46,748 nucleotides of DNA from a virus (Duplodnaviria; Caudoviricetes): positions 1 through 46,748 of the IMG/VR virus record IMGVR_UViG_3300027653_000018. One strand, given 5' to 3'. The notes beneath the pieces are model-generated. The model saw only the letters and a program-made list of their open reading frames with translations, was not told where the DNA came from and did not search any database. A program made the translations under genes and the position numbers. Position 1 is the stretch's first letter, and every line of letters starts with the position of its first letter. Below are positions 27,972-36,987 of this stretch, one piece after another.

Positions 27972-28268
27972 CTAAAAAACATCGCTAAACCTTTTTTCAT
28001 AACCATACTTTTTAGTGAGTTTGGTAATTAGTTCATTTGTATATTTGTGAATTTCTGATTTAGGATAACAAGTAGGTTGATGAACAACGCCAGTTATAAC
28101 ATCAATTAAATATGTATCGTAAACGTGCCCTTCGCCTAAAAAATATCCTATTTCATAACCAAAATGACTATCCCAAACAACACGGTCGTTGAAGGAAAAG
28201 GCATCTGCTAACAATGTATAACCGTCAGGCTTAGTTTCCGTTTCTTTTGAAAGTTTTTGCTCATTCAT
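27972..28268 (-). CDS. Cassette-borne hypothetical protein
   Basis: N-terminus MNEQKLSKETETKPDGYTLLAD encoded by the attC loop and arm. Confidence 0.7.
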   Translation of the reverse strand: MNEQKLSKETETKPDGYTLLADAFSFNDRVVWDSHFGYEIGYFLGEGHVYDTYLIDVITGVVHQPTCYPKSEIHKYTNELITKLTKKYGYEKRFSDVF

Positions 28269-28336
28269 AATTTCTATATTTTTAATTAAGTTAATCTTTT
28301 ATTCACGCCCGAACGGTTATACTCGGCACGTTAGTT
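28204..28336 (+). repeat. attC-like site
   Basis: tctgctAAC-aatgtataaccgt ... acggttatac-tcggcac-GTTagtt. Confidence 0.85.
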
Positions 28337-28623
28337 GCAATTAGTTTGTTGCCACATTTCGGGCAAATAAGTAACCAAGCGTCATTTACAACAGGTGTTT
28401 TATCAGCACTTTCGTTATGTGTGCCAATCCACCCACATTTACAACATTCCCACTTTGCATTTACATCTACCTGTGCTATACCCAATATTTTTAACTTATG
28501 TTCGTAGTATCTTTCAGCAAAGTCTAACATTGCTGTTTTGTTAAAACCATTTTCGGGTAGTTCTTTTGGTGTCCACCATTCTTCAAAATATTCTTCTACT
28601 GTCATCCTGTTTAAGTTTATCAT
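28303..28623 (-). CDS. Cassette-borne zinc-ribbon protein
   Basis: CCKCGW...CPKCG. Confidence 0.65.
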   Translation of the reverse strand: MINLNRMTVEEYFEEWWTPKELPENGFNKTAMLDFAERYYEHKLKILGIAQVDVNAKWECCKCGWIGTHNESADKTPVVNDAWLLICPKCGNKLIATNVPSITVRA

Positions 28624-28665
28624 TATTAAATCGCCCTACACATACACGCAAAACGTTGTAGGCAA

Positions 28666-28956
28666 TTATTTTTTGACTTCTTTCTTGCATTCAAAGCAGA
28701 AGTATGTTTTATCGTCATCATATCCGTACCAAGTTAAATTAGGTTTTCCACATCCACAAACTAACTGTCCGCTTCGCCCTTCAACAGCAGGTATAGTTAA
28801 TTTTTTCAAATCAGCTACAACAGCGCAAATTGCTTGAGCATAGTGGGAGTTTTTAAGCCTATCTTCTTTGGTGTACATAAGTGGGTCTTCACACACTCTT
28901 CTGTGTAAGGCAATTTTCTCATCCCACTTTTCAATCAATTTCTGTAATTCATTCAT
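28666..28956 (-). CDS. Cassette-borne protein sharing its C-terminal module with 10399..10617
   Basis: ..QLVC.CG.PNLTWYGYDDDKTYFCFECKKEV. Confidence 0.7.
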   Translation of the reverse strand: MNELQKLIEKWDEKIALHRRVCEDPLMYTKEDRLKNSHYAQAICAVVADLKKLTIPAVEGRSGQLVCGCGKPNLTWYGYDDDKTYFCFECKKEVKK

Positions 28957-29005
28957 AATTTATCTATTTAAATCAAAAACTAACCATACCTGCGACACGT
29001 TATAT
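28775..29005 (+). repeat. attC-like site with a long coding loop
   Basis: cgcccttcAAC-agcaggtatagttaattttt ... aaaaactaaccatacctgc-gacac-GTTatat. Confidence 0.8.
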
Positions 29006-29309
29006 GCCATTTAAATCAATCATTTCTAAACATGAATATTCAGCTAAACCACTTGGCGTATATTCTTGAATATATAAAGTTTTATTGCTTATATGTAGAT
29101 TTAAATCATCTATTTTTACATTGTGTTTTAACGCTAATTCCGAAAAAAAAACGGCTTATAACACTACCTATACGATTTTCTTTAACCTCACTTATCACTA
29201 CATCTAAAGCCTCTGTTAATTTTTTAGGCTCGTGAATCATATCCTCTCTTTTTCCAAGCCTCCATTCCTGATGATATTCAAGTATTTCTATTGCTGTTTG
29301 TAATTCCAT
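29000..29309 (-). pseudogene. Frameshifted duplicate of the 26198..26527 cassette gene
   Basis: A9 at 29143-29151 versus A8 at 26341-26348; truncated to 67 aa. Confidence 0.75.
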
Positions 29310-29354
29310 TTTTTAGTTTTTATTAATTATTTCTGATATACGGATATCATTCAA

Positions 29355-29606
29355 TCAATTTGAATCCAAGTTGTTTTTTAAATCATCCGCTATTTCTAAA
29401 GGCACAAATCCTGCATCGGATAACGATTGGCATAAAAGCATTATTTCTAAAGTAACGTCTTTTTCACACTTCTCACATCTAAAGTTTGCCCTACTCTTTC
29501 TATACCAAGCGTTCCCAACTTTAATATTTTTTTCAGAACATAATTGCAATACTTTTTTTTCACACGGTTCTAATTTCTTAATAGTTGCATCATTTATAAA
29601 CCACAT
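29355..29606 (-). CDS. Hypothetical protein (CxxC)
   Basis: 83 aa ORF. Confidence 0.55.
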   Translation of the reverse strand: MWFINDATIKKLEPCEKKVLQLCSEKNIKVGNAWYRKSRANFRCEKCEKDVTLEIMLLCQSLSDAGFVPLEIADDLKNNLDSN

Positions 29607-29637
29607 TTTATTATATTTTTAAATTTTCATTTAAAAA

Positions 29638-29722
29638 TGCGGGGGCTTCTTCCTCTCTGGAACGGTCAGCCTGTCCGTCAAGGTTGCGACCCTTGATATG
29701 ATACCGCTTTAAACGTCCCGCA
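29638..29722 (-). ncRNA. Candidate small structured RNA
   Basis: GC-rich island closed by TGCGGG/CCCGCA with internal hairpins. Confidence 0.4.
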
Positions 29723-29753
29723 CTCTTCATATGCTTTTCCGTTGGTGGCAATA

Positions 29754-30050
29754 TTATTCGTGCCATTCAATTTCAGTTCCGCAATTATCGCAACACTCTT
29801 CAAAAGTTACTCGCTCGTTGACAATGTATGCTTCACAATTAGGGCAATAAGCGTCTGCTGTTTCTGCTACCTTTATTATTTCTTTTACTTCAAAACCTAA
29901 ATGTATTGAGTGATTTAAGAAAGCTAATCCATTTAAAAGTGGCGTTCTAAACTCTATGCTTAAATCTTTATAAACAATATTAACTGCTTCTTTTGGCACC
30001 TTAACAAAATGCACTTGATTAGTTTCTAAAATTAGTTTTATTTCTTTCAT
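29754..30050 (-). CDS. Zinc-ribbon hypothetical protein
   Basis: CPNC...CDNCG.EIEW. Confidence 0.65.
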   Translation of the reverse strand: MKEIKLILETNQVHFVKVPKEAVNIVYKDLSIEFRTPLLNGLAFLNHSIHLGFEVKEIIKVAETADAYCPNCEAYIVNERVTFEECCDNCGTEIEWHE

Positions 30051-30065
30051 AATTTATTTAATTTA

Positions 30066-30160
30066 AAAAATAAGGCAGGTATTAAGTTTATAATGTGGTC
30101 TCCTGCTAGCAAGGAATTTACCGTGTCCACTTTGCCACCTCTTTCGAGTGCCTTATTTTT
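30066..30160 (-). ncRNA. Candidate small structured RNA or terminator
   Basis: 12-bp closing stem aaaaataaggca/tgccttattttt; CTC-GAAA-GAG hairpin. Confidence 0.35.
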
Positions 30161-30244
30161 CTTAATCAAATTCGCCTTTCTCAATAATATTTATCGTAAT
30201 GTATAATATTGATAACACTGCAATCAATAATATTAATATTCCTA

Positions 30245-30505
30245 CTAACATATCTTATAATCTCTTTTAAGAATTTTAATTGCTTTCTCATGACAAATAT
30301 CCATATTTATATGTGGTCTTGTTTCTAATGCATGCTTCCCTTTAATTATTATCTTTCCCAAAGGAGTTACATGAATAGTATAAAGACTACTCTTGAATAT
30401 TCTTTCTTTTTCACACAATTTTGTAATAATCATATAAACTTTATCTATACCGTCAAAAGCTTCTCTAATCTCATTGACTGTCTTCTTTAATACGTTTCTT
30501 TCCAT
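30245..30505 (-). CDS. Hypothetical protein
   Basis: 86 aa ORF downstream of the primase. Confidence 0.55.
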   Translation of the reverse strand: MERNVLKKTVNEIREAFDGIDKVYMIITKLCEKERIFKSSLYTIHVTPLGKIIIKGKHALETRPHINMDICHEKAIKILKRDYKIC

Positions 30506-30508
30506 AAT

Positions 30509-32839
30509 TTAAAACGGAGCCTCCTCCTCTTTTTTAGTTATAATTTTAAAATATTGATGTCCATTAAATAAGAATTCTTCAAATTCAAATCCTTTATATT
30601 TACACCATTTCTTCATCCAAATTGTAAATCTGTTCTGCTTAAACCAATTAGCTTTAAAATCTGGATAAACTTCCTGAAATAACTCATATTCTTTGGTTTT
30701 AGAAAGGTTCTCATCATATTTGTTGAACCTCTCATTCATATAGGTATAAAACTCTTTACTTGTTTCAGCTATAAAGTGCCTTAGTTCTATATTCAATGCA
30801 TTCTCTTGTTTCAATAATCCTTTATCTAAATAAACCTGAATACACTCTACCATATAATTATAAAACCTATTATATTCTTTTTCATCCCAATCAATAAATA
30901 ATTGCCTTTTGAACTCATCTGCTGGTGTAAAATCCTCTGAATAAAACTGTGCTAATTCAATTTCATGTCTTCTTCTTCTATGTGAATTTCCACTGCCTTT
31001 TATCGCATAATTTGTAGTAATTACCACTTTAGGACTATCCTGAACACTTAATGCTATTGCATCTCTATTCTTCTTCTCTAATATTATTCCTTCGGTAATT
31101 AAAGAGAATCTTTTCTCAAAATCGAAATTATCTCCTACATCATCAAATAATAAGATATGCGTATCTTCACTGACTGTTTGATAAGGAAATGATTTATTTT
31201 CATTAAATGTTTTACCGTCAATTCTGGATACCTTTCTTATTTCTCCAATTGCTTGCAAAAATAATCCCTTCCCTGTTCCTCCTTCTGGATTTTCAGAAAT
31301 AACTTCATCATTTAATATTACCGCTCTGTTATTCATTAAATTCTTGTAACCTGACAATAGATATCCAATTGTACTTTTAAAAGCAAGCTCATCCCCTTTG
31401 CTTACATTTTTTATAAATCTGGAAAAATCATTATCTGTCTTGTTAACTCTCTTAAACTCTTTATTAATAATATGCTCTTTCCAAATAAAGTAATCAATAT
31501 CTATATATTCTATTAATCTTATATCTTCTTTAGTAACTTCTAATATTCCATTTCTAAATGCTATATAAGACTTCTCTTTCTCATCTCTTAGAATATCCAA
31601 CTCTATTGTTTCTAACATATTTAAGAAATTGCTTGAAAATAAAGTTGAATAAGATGTGAAGTAACTCCAAACCGCTTCATCATTTAATTTTTCTAAATGG
31701 GTTAAAACATGGTCTTTAATCTTGCTAGCTGATGTATGCTCTACAATATTGGATTGCACTTTTACGAATATTGGTTCTTCCGCTCCTTCTGGATAATATT
31801 TCTTAAATCCACTTCCTTCTAAAAACTTCTTAAAATATAGCAACCTAACTTTAATCTTTCTTTCTCCACTCTTGGTTTGAGTAACTTCCCAAAATTGAGT
31901 TTCCTCCACTTCATTTTTAATTTCTGTATAAACATAATCATCTATTCCGAATTTTTTTAAGACATGCTCTTTCTGCCGCCCTAGATTAGATTTCACCTCT
32001 TCTATTTTCTTCTTATCCTCAAAGTACCTAATATTAAACTGCCTTTGTCTATATGCTCCCTTTACTGTTGTTGTAATTTCTTTCTCAGTAAAGTCTGCTT
32101 CTTTGAAATTTAAAATATAACTCAATGCTGAATACTCGCTTACACCATATTCGCAAAATGCACTTGCTAAATTAAATGCATGTATATTCCTTTCACCTTT
32201 GCTAAAGCTTGTACTCCAATTAAAATTAATAATCCTATTGATAATTTCATTTTCATCTTGGATAGGTATCAAAGGCGGTTTAGTCATTATATTATGACCT
32301 TTGTCTATTAATTTAGGCGAATAAACTATTGCTTCTCTGTTTATATATGCTTTTGGGTCATAACTTTCAAAACAAACCCTGCTAACATCTTTGCCAGATG
32401 GGTCTAAATCTAAATAACTATATTCTTCTGAAAACGCTATCCAATATTGAGTATGCTCTTCTTCTGTGCATTCTGGAATACGAATAACAAACTTAATTCC
32501 ATTTCCCGATGGACTTGTAAAGATTAATGCTACATAAGGTATTTCTTTTAATTCCTCTTTAGTTTTTTGTATATTTTTTACATTATCTAAATCAAAAACT
32601 AAAAATCCTGAATGTTTTTTTAGTCCATCTTTGGCTCTATGTGTGAACTCTCCTGAAAATAAAATGCAAGGTAATTTCTTCTTATTCTTATCTACATCAA
32701 TACCTTTCCTTATTAACTTTATTAATTCAGTAGATTTGCTTCCATTTCTAATACGGTTATAAACCTGCTCTAAAGTTAAATAATAAGGTACATCCGAACT
32801 TTTATATAAATTTCTAAAAATTGTTATTTTCTTGTCCAT
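30509..32839 (-). CDS. Primase-helicase (BT4734/VirE-N-like domain, PriCT, P-loop helicase)
   Basis: KKKLP, FDLDN, SPSGNGIK, DVSRVCFESYDP, GERN, EGGTGKG. Confidence 0.85.
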   Translation of the reverse strand: MDKKITIFRNLYKSSDVPYYLTLEQVYNRIRNGSKSTELIKLIRKGIDVDKNKKKLPCILFSGEFTHRAKDGLKKHSGFLVFDLDNVKNIQKTKEELKEIPYVALIFTSPSGNGIKFVIRIPECTEEEHTQYWIAFSEEYSYLDLDPSGKDVSRVCFESYDPKAYINREAIVYSPKLIDKGHNIMTKPPLIPIQDENEIINRIINFNWSTSFSKGERNIHAFNLASAFCEYGVSEYSALSYILNFKEADFTEKEITTTVKGAYRQRQFNIRYFEDKKKIEEVKSNLGRQKEHVLKKFGIDDYVYTEIKNEVEETQFWEVTQTKSGERKIKVRLLYFKKFLEGSGFKKYYPEGAEEPIFVKVQSNIVEHTSASKIKDHVLTHLEKLNDEAVWSYFTSYSTLFSSNFLNMLETIELDILRDEKEKSYIAFRNGILEVTKEDIRLIEYIDIDYFIWKEHIINKEFKRVNKTDNDFSRFIKNVSKGDELAFKSTIGYLLSGYKNLMNNRAVILNDEVISENPEGGTGKGLFLQAIGEIRKVSRIDGKTFNENKSFPYQTVSEDTHILLFDDVGDNFDFEKRFSLITEGIILEKKNRDAIALSVQDSPKVVITTNYAIKGSGNSHRRRRHEIELAQFYSEDFTPADEFKRQLFIDWDEKEYNRFYNYMVECIQVYLDKGLLKQENALNIELRHFIAETSKEFYTYMNERFNKYDENLSKTKEYELFQEVYPDFKANWFKQNRFTIWMKKWCKYKGFEFEEFLFNGHQYFKIITKKEEEAPF

Positions 32840-32949
32840 AATTTTAAAAATGCATTAAGTCTTCAAAATAGCCTCCACTCTATTTATCCGAACAAAATGC
32901 ATTTAAATATCTTAATGCTACTTTCAAAAGTGGAGGAGCATTGTAAATA

Positions 32950-32981
32950 CAAATTTATAACTATTATTCTTATTCTCCAAA
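32950..32981 (-). promoter_or_regulatory. Bacteroidetes-type promoter upstream of the primase
   Basis: TTTG-N20-TAAATTTG. Confidence 0.6.
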
Positions 32982-32983
32982 GA

Positions 32984-33113
32984 AAACTTACATTTTCAAG
33001 GTTTTTATTTTAATTCATTCATTTTCAACAACTTACAATAAAAATAAAAAACTTTTCTGGAAAAAATAGCCCCCTATTAAAAATGATTTTTCTTTTTAAA
33101 AAGGTAATATAGG
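32984..33113. repeat. ~130-bp non-coding repeat, copy 2
   Basis: Homologous to 8421..8551. Confidence 0.8.
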
Positions 33114-33154
33114 GAGCTACATAATATTTTAATAATAATATATATTTACTTGAT

Positions 33155-33532
33155 TTAGAAAGGTAAATCTGTACCGTCTGAAATAGGTGGTTTTTGCTCT
33201 ATTTTCCTTTCTTGCGCCGAACCTAACAACTTTATATTGAATGCCGTAACGCATAACACTCCATTAGCTTCATTGCTTCCGTTTGAGATATAGCCTCTTG
33301 CGGACGGTTTTCCTGAAATATAAACCTGCGTTCCTTTCTTTAAATACTGTGCAACTGCTACATTCGTTCCCCACTTCGCTACATCCACCCATGTAGTGTT
33401 TTCTACTAATTCACCTTTCTGGTTTTTAAACTTTTCCGTTACCGCAACACTAAAGTTTATAACCTTCGTATTTCCTATTTCTTTCACTTCTGCATCTTTA
33501 CCTAGATGTCCAATTAATTGTAATTCTATCAT
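33155..33532 (-). CDS. ssb: Single-stranded DNA-binding protein
   Basis: LIGHLGKDAE, FSVAV, YLKKGTQVYISG, DLPF tail. Confidence 0.95.
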   Translation of the reverse strand: MIELQLIGHLGKDAEVKEIGNTKVINFSVAVTEKFKNQKGELVENTTWVDVAKWGTNVAVAQYLKKGTQVYISGKPSARGYISNGSNEANGVLCVTAFNIKLLGSAQERKIEQKPPISDGTDLPF

Positions 33533-33543
33533 TTTTATTTTTT

Positions 33544-34014
33544 TTAAATGTTATTTAATAAATTTTCATGTAACTGGATAAAATAATCCGAATTTATTCT
33601 ATCCTGAACGGTTGTTGAATTGTACCCATTCTTAAATCTAATTGCCTTTATTTTATATCTAGATAGTAACTCTTTATGTTTATTGCTTGGATAAAATACT
33701 GCTAAACCTTTGCAATTTAAACCTAAATCACTATCCAAATCAATCCTTTCTCCATTTCCAAACACTATGCTTAATTCAGCATTCTGTACGCACTCCCTTT
33801 CATTATATGTTGCAATTACTATAGCATCATAATCATCTCCTACTTCCTTATTAATTCTTGGTATTACAATAATAGCACTCCTATCTTTCTTTACAATTAA
33901 AGGCTCATCTACTAGATATCTACTATCAAAGTCATCTTCAAATTTTACAATTTTTTGTGCATTAGACATATAGCTAAATGCCACTAAACTTAATAATACT
34001 GTTAATTTTTTCAT
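33544..34014 (-). CDS. Secreted/periplasmic hypothetical protein
   Basis: Signal peptide MKKLTVLLSLVAFSYMSNAQ. Confidence 0.65.
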   Translation of the reverse strand: MKKLTVLLSLVAFSYMSNAQKIVKFEDDFDSRYLVDEPLIVKKDRSAIIVIPRINKEVGDDYDAIVIATYNERECVQNAELSIVFGNGERIDLDSDLGLNCKGLAVFYPSNKHKELLSRYKIKAIRFKNGYNSTTVQDRINSDYFIQLHENLLNNI

Positions 34015-34035
34015 CTTTTTTATTTTTAAAACAAT

Positions 34036-34071
34036 GCCTACTCTTTTCTGGATTTTCGGCATCCTCCATTT
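34036..34071 (-). repeat. Conserved intergenic motif, copy 2
   Basis: Matches 12155..12191. Confidence 0.8.
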
Positions 34072-34705
34072 ATTTATTCTTATTTATTACTAACTCTATA
34101 TACTCTTTGTAATATTCATTACAAATCTTATACTTCTCTTTTATCTCCTCCTCTATATCTAAATCCCTATCAATCCAACTGCTGAACGTATATCTACTGC
34201 TTTCTGGAATATGATTAACTTGATGCAAATCTAAATCATCCCATGCAGTCAAAAGGCTTTCGGGCGTGGATAAAAGAACATCGCAAACTTTTCCTTTCTC
34301 CAAATTAAATGACATCATATATCCTCTAATTTGCCAATCATATCCCGACTTCTTTACTTTTGCATCCATTTCTTCTTGTGTCCATGCAAAGGTCTTAGCA
34401 TGCCATGCTACTTTCCAATCTATTACTACATCGCCTGTAATCGTATCTGGGTGTCCTGTCAACCACCCTAAATCTCCTCTTTTATCGGACTTCACATAAT
34501 TAGTGAACTCATTCCTATTAACTAAATCTATCGCCTCCTGCTCCAATATTATTCCCTTCTGCATTGGTTTCGTAGATACGTGTTCCCTTATCCCGAATAA
34601 ATCATATATAGCACATTCTTCAATGTATGTCTTATTCGTTTGGGTTAACTTTCCTGATGCACTCATTATCCTGTGCAACTGGCTAACTCTAATCTTTAAT
34701 TCCAT
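34070..34705 (-). CDS. YqaJ/lambda-exonuclease-like protein
   Basis: MQKGIILE, GHPD, IDWK, YDWQIRGYM. Confidence 0.8.
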   Translation of the reverse strand: MELKIRVSQLHRIMSASGKLTQTNKTYIEECAIYDLFGIREHVSTKPMQKGIILEQEAIDLVNRNEFTNYVKSDKRGDLGWLTGHPDTITGDVVIDWKVAWHAKTFAWTQEEMDAKVKKSGYDWQIRGYMMSFNLEKGKVCDVLLSTPESLLTAWDDLDLHQVNHIPESSRYTFSSWIDRDLDIEEEIKEKYKICNEYYKEYIELVINKNK

Positions 34706-35222
34706 CTAAAACCTCCTTTTGCTCTTTAGTTAAATCAAACTTTAATATATCTTCTTTCGTTGTTGCATTATTCTTTAATGCTTCAATTGCCTTTGCAAAG
34801 CGCTCATTTGAAAGTTTTTCTCTTGGTGGTTGTTCTGGATTATTGTTCTCCATGCTATCTATATCTCTACTATCATCTATTGCAAACAATCCATTCAAAG
34901 CGTATTTCCTTGCGTATGAACTCGCACTACCTGTAATTTGTGCATCATCCATACCTTTCTTGGTTAAAGACTCGCGTGCATACGCTTGTACTGATACGCT
35001 TGCTCCATCCTTATTCACTATTGTTGCTACCGCCTTTAGGTAATATCTTTCACCTACAAGCTTAATGCTATCTGTTATTGCAATGTAGCATTCTTCTTCT
35101 TTTAATAAAGGTTTTACAGCTTCCAAAATATCCTCACAACTTCTGTAATGATATTGGCCGTAATCGCTATATTGGCTTTTTGGTACCTTTAACTTATTCT
35201 GAATTCTAATTAACTCTTTCAT
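34689..35222 (-). CDS. erf: ERF-family ssDNA annealing recombinase
   Basis: YRSCEDILEAVKP, QITGSASSYARKYALNGLFAID. Confidence 0.92.
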   Translation of the reverse strand: MKELIRIQNKLKVPKSQYSDYGQYHYRSCEDILEAVKPLLKEEECYIAITDSIKLVGERYYLKAVATIVNKDGASVSVQAYARESLTKKGMDDAQITGSASSYARKYALNGLFAIDDSRDIDSMENNNPEQPPREKLSNERFAKAIEALKNNATTKEDILKFDLTKEQKEVLDGIKD

Positions 35223-35418
35223 ATTTTCTATTTAAAAATTCTCTAATTTGTTTTACTTGTTTTTTATTTAATTTTAACTTTCCACTTCTCCAACTAGATA
35301 AAGTCGTGTGGTGGATTCCTGTTTCTTTTTCAATTTCGGTAAGCTTCTCCAGCTTGCAAAATACCCGAACGTCTTCATCTGTTTTGATTTGTTCGAAAAA
35401 TTTTAATCTACTTTTCAT
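35206..35418 (-). CDS. Cro-like HTH protein
   Basis: LTEIEKETGIHHTTLSSWRSG. Confidence 0.7.
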   Translation of the reverse strand: MKSRLKFFEQIKTDEDVRVFCKLEKLTEIEKETGIHHTTLSSWRSGKLKLNKKQVKQIREFLNRKYERVN

Positions 35419-35686
35419 ATACTTGTTTTTTATAGGTTAATAATAATCTTTCTTTTATTTCACTTCTTAATGCAGGTATATCCTTGCTATTGAATTTATT
35501 AAGGTCTATAAACACTCCTGTAAAGTCTAAATAATCCTCAACTAATTCATTGCAGTCTATGTTATACTCTTCTAATAATCCCTTTAGATTATAAAAGAAC
35601 TTTCCCGACCTATTGTCCAATAATGTAACTATCTGGAAAGAATATTTGTCTATAACTACTACTAGTCTTTCTATTATTGTGTCCAT
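35408..35686 (-). CDS. Hypothetical protein
   Basis: 92 aa coupled ORF. Confidence 0.55.
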   Translation of the reverse strand: MDTIIERLVVVIDKYSFQIVTLLDNRSGKFFYNLKGLLEEYNIDCNELVEDYLDFTGVFIDLNKFNSKDIPALRSEIKERLLLTYKKQVYEK

Positions 35687-36150
35687 ATCATGCTATTTTT
35701 GATAAAATCCTCCAAGCTTAATATATATTGATTTGAATATTTCATATACCTATCTTTCTTCTTATTGTATATGTCTGTTATGCTTACTTGCAAGGATTCA
35801 AATCTAAACTCATACTCATCTTCCGCATAACTGTCTCTCGCTTTATATACCAAAGCGGATTCAATTGTAGCTACTAATATTCCTGCTACGTGATACGTAT
35901 CATCTTCATAGAACGTAAAATACGCATCACTAATATCATCCCTTATATATATATCCTCTCCTATAAGCTTACTTATTAAGCCATGCTTATAATCTAAGAT
36001 AATTTCCCTCACTACATCCATATCTTCCTCCGCTCTGAATGTAGCTATAACATAATTATCTTTTATTGGCTCTATCATTAAGCCATAATCCAATCCGCTT
36101 AAAAGCTGGATAATTTCTTTTAATTCTGATTTTTTTACTACAACTTCCAT
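35674..36150 (-). CDS. Hypothetical protein
   Basis: 158 aa ORF. Confidence 0.6.
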   Translation of the reverse strand: MEVVVKKSELKEIIQLLSGLDYGLMIEPIKDNYVIATFRAEEDMDVVREIILDYKHGLISKLIGEDIYIRDDISDAYFTFYEDDTYHVAGILVATIESALVYKARDSYAEDEYEFRFESLQVSITDIYNKKKDRYMKYSNQYILSLEDFIKNSMIWTQ

Positions 36151-36154
36151 AATT

Positions 36155-36442
36155 TTATTTTTTTTCAGTTATTTTTATTTTCTCGGCACTAATACCATTT
36201 CCGTTTTTATCAAGAGCCCCATATACCTTTGGTATATTTGCAGATATTTCTATTCCTGCTAATACATTTCCGTCAAAGTTAATTTCGTATCTCTTAATCG
36301 ATTTTTCACCGATTTCATAGAGCTTGTTAAGTTCTACATACTGCTCCATTAAAGAACATATCAGGTTTTTTTGTATGTTGTCCAAACTCCATAATTCCTG
36401 CATTTTTATTATTTCCCTTTCTAAAAAATCTTTTGCTTTCAT
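36155..36442 (-). CDS. Hypothetical protein
   Basis: 95 aa ORF. Confidence 0.6.
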   Translation of the reverse strand: MKAKDFLEREIIKMQELWSLDNIQKNLICSLMEQYVELNKLYEIGEKSIKRYEINFDGNVLAGIEISANIPKVYGALDKNGNGISAEKIKITEKK

Positions 36443-36464
36443 TATTTATTTTTTAAGGTTTATA

Positions 36465-36511
36465 AAAAAAAGTACAGGAGCAATGGCGAATTACGCCACT
36501 ACTCTTGTACT
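36465..36511 (-). terminator. Probable intrinsic terminator
   Basis: agtacaggag..tggcg/cgcca..ctcttgtact hairpin followed by a T-run on the minus strand. Confidence 0.6.
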
Positions 36512-36916
36512 CTATAAATCTTCTATTGAAACTCCGTATTTACTCCCTACGGGTACTACTACATAGTCGTATCCCATTCCACATCCATTGCTGGAGGCTC
36601 TTCTTTTGAAAAGGATATTTTCCAATTCAAATAAACTCCATCCCCTGTAGGTGTTAAAAGCACCACCCCAATCATCTCTTATAAGAAGGTGTTTGCCTTC
36701 TTCTTCAATTTTAAAGGCATTAGCACCTTTTTTTGTGACGAAGAAAGTGCCTTTTACGAATGTTAAATCCCCCTTATCTAAGTTAAATTCTTGAGGTGAT
36801 ATTTTCTCGTAATTAATTTCGGGCTTATCCGAAATAATTAGCAAGTCTGTTCTATATTTTCCAAAGTCCTTTAATAAGAACTTTCCGTCATTTAACTCTA
36901 TCCAATTTTTTCTCAT
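36512..36916 (-). CDS. Early hypothetical protein
   Basis: 134 aa ORF. Confidence 0.65.
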   Translation of the reverse strand: MRKNWIELNDGKFLLKDFGKYRTDLLIISDKPEINYEKISPQEFNLDKGDLTFVKGTFFVTKKGANAFKIEEEGKHLLIRDDWGGAFNTYRGWSLFELENILFKRRASSNGCGMGYDYVVVPVGSKYGVSIEDL

Positions 36917-36987
36917 GATTTTTATTTTTTTTTGTTAAACAATTCCTTTGCCCTATTGTCAGGGCTGGTACGATTAAGAGTAATTAA

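Larger units (their letters stand above)
26197..29312. mobile_element. Integron-like gene cassette array B (about 8 units; first and last duplicated; no integrase)
   Basis: GTT-type cores at 26197, 26573, 27327, (27719), 27960, 28330, 28655 and 28999; matching AAC inverse cores are clear for most but degenerate or absent for the 27719 and 28330 units. Confidence 0.8.

Noticed and set aside
10388-28785. Diversity-generating retroelement TR/VR pair
   Set aside because: No reverse transcriptase is seen and the differences between the 131-bp copies are not adenine-specific
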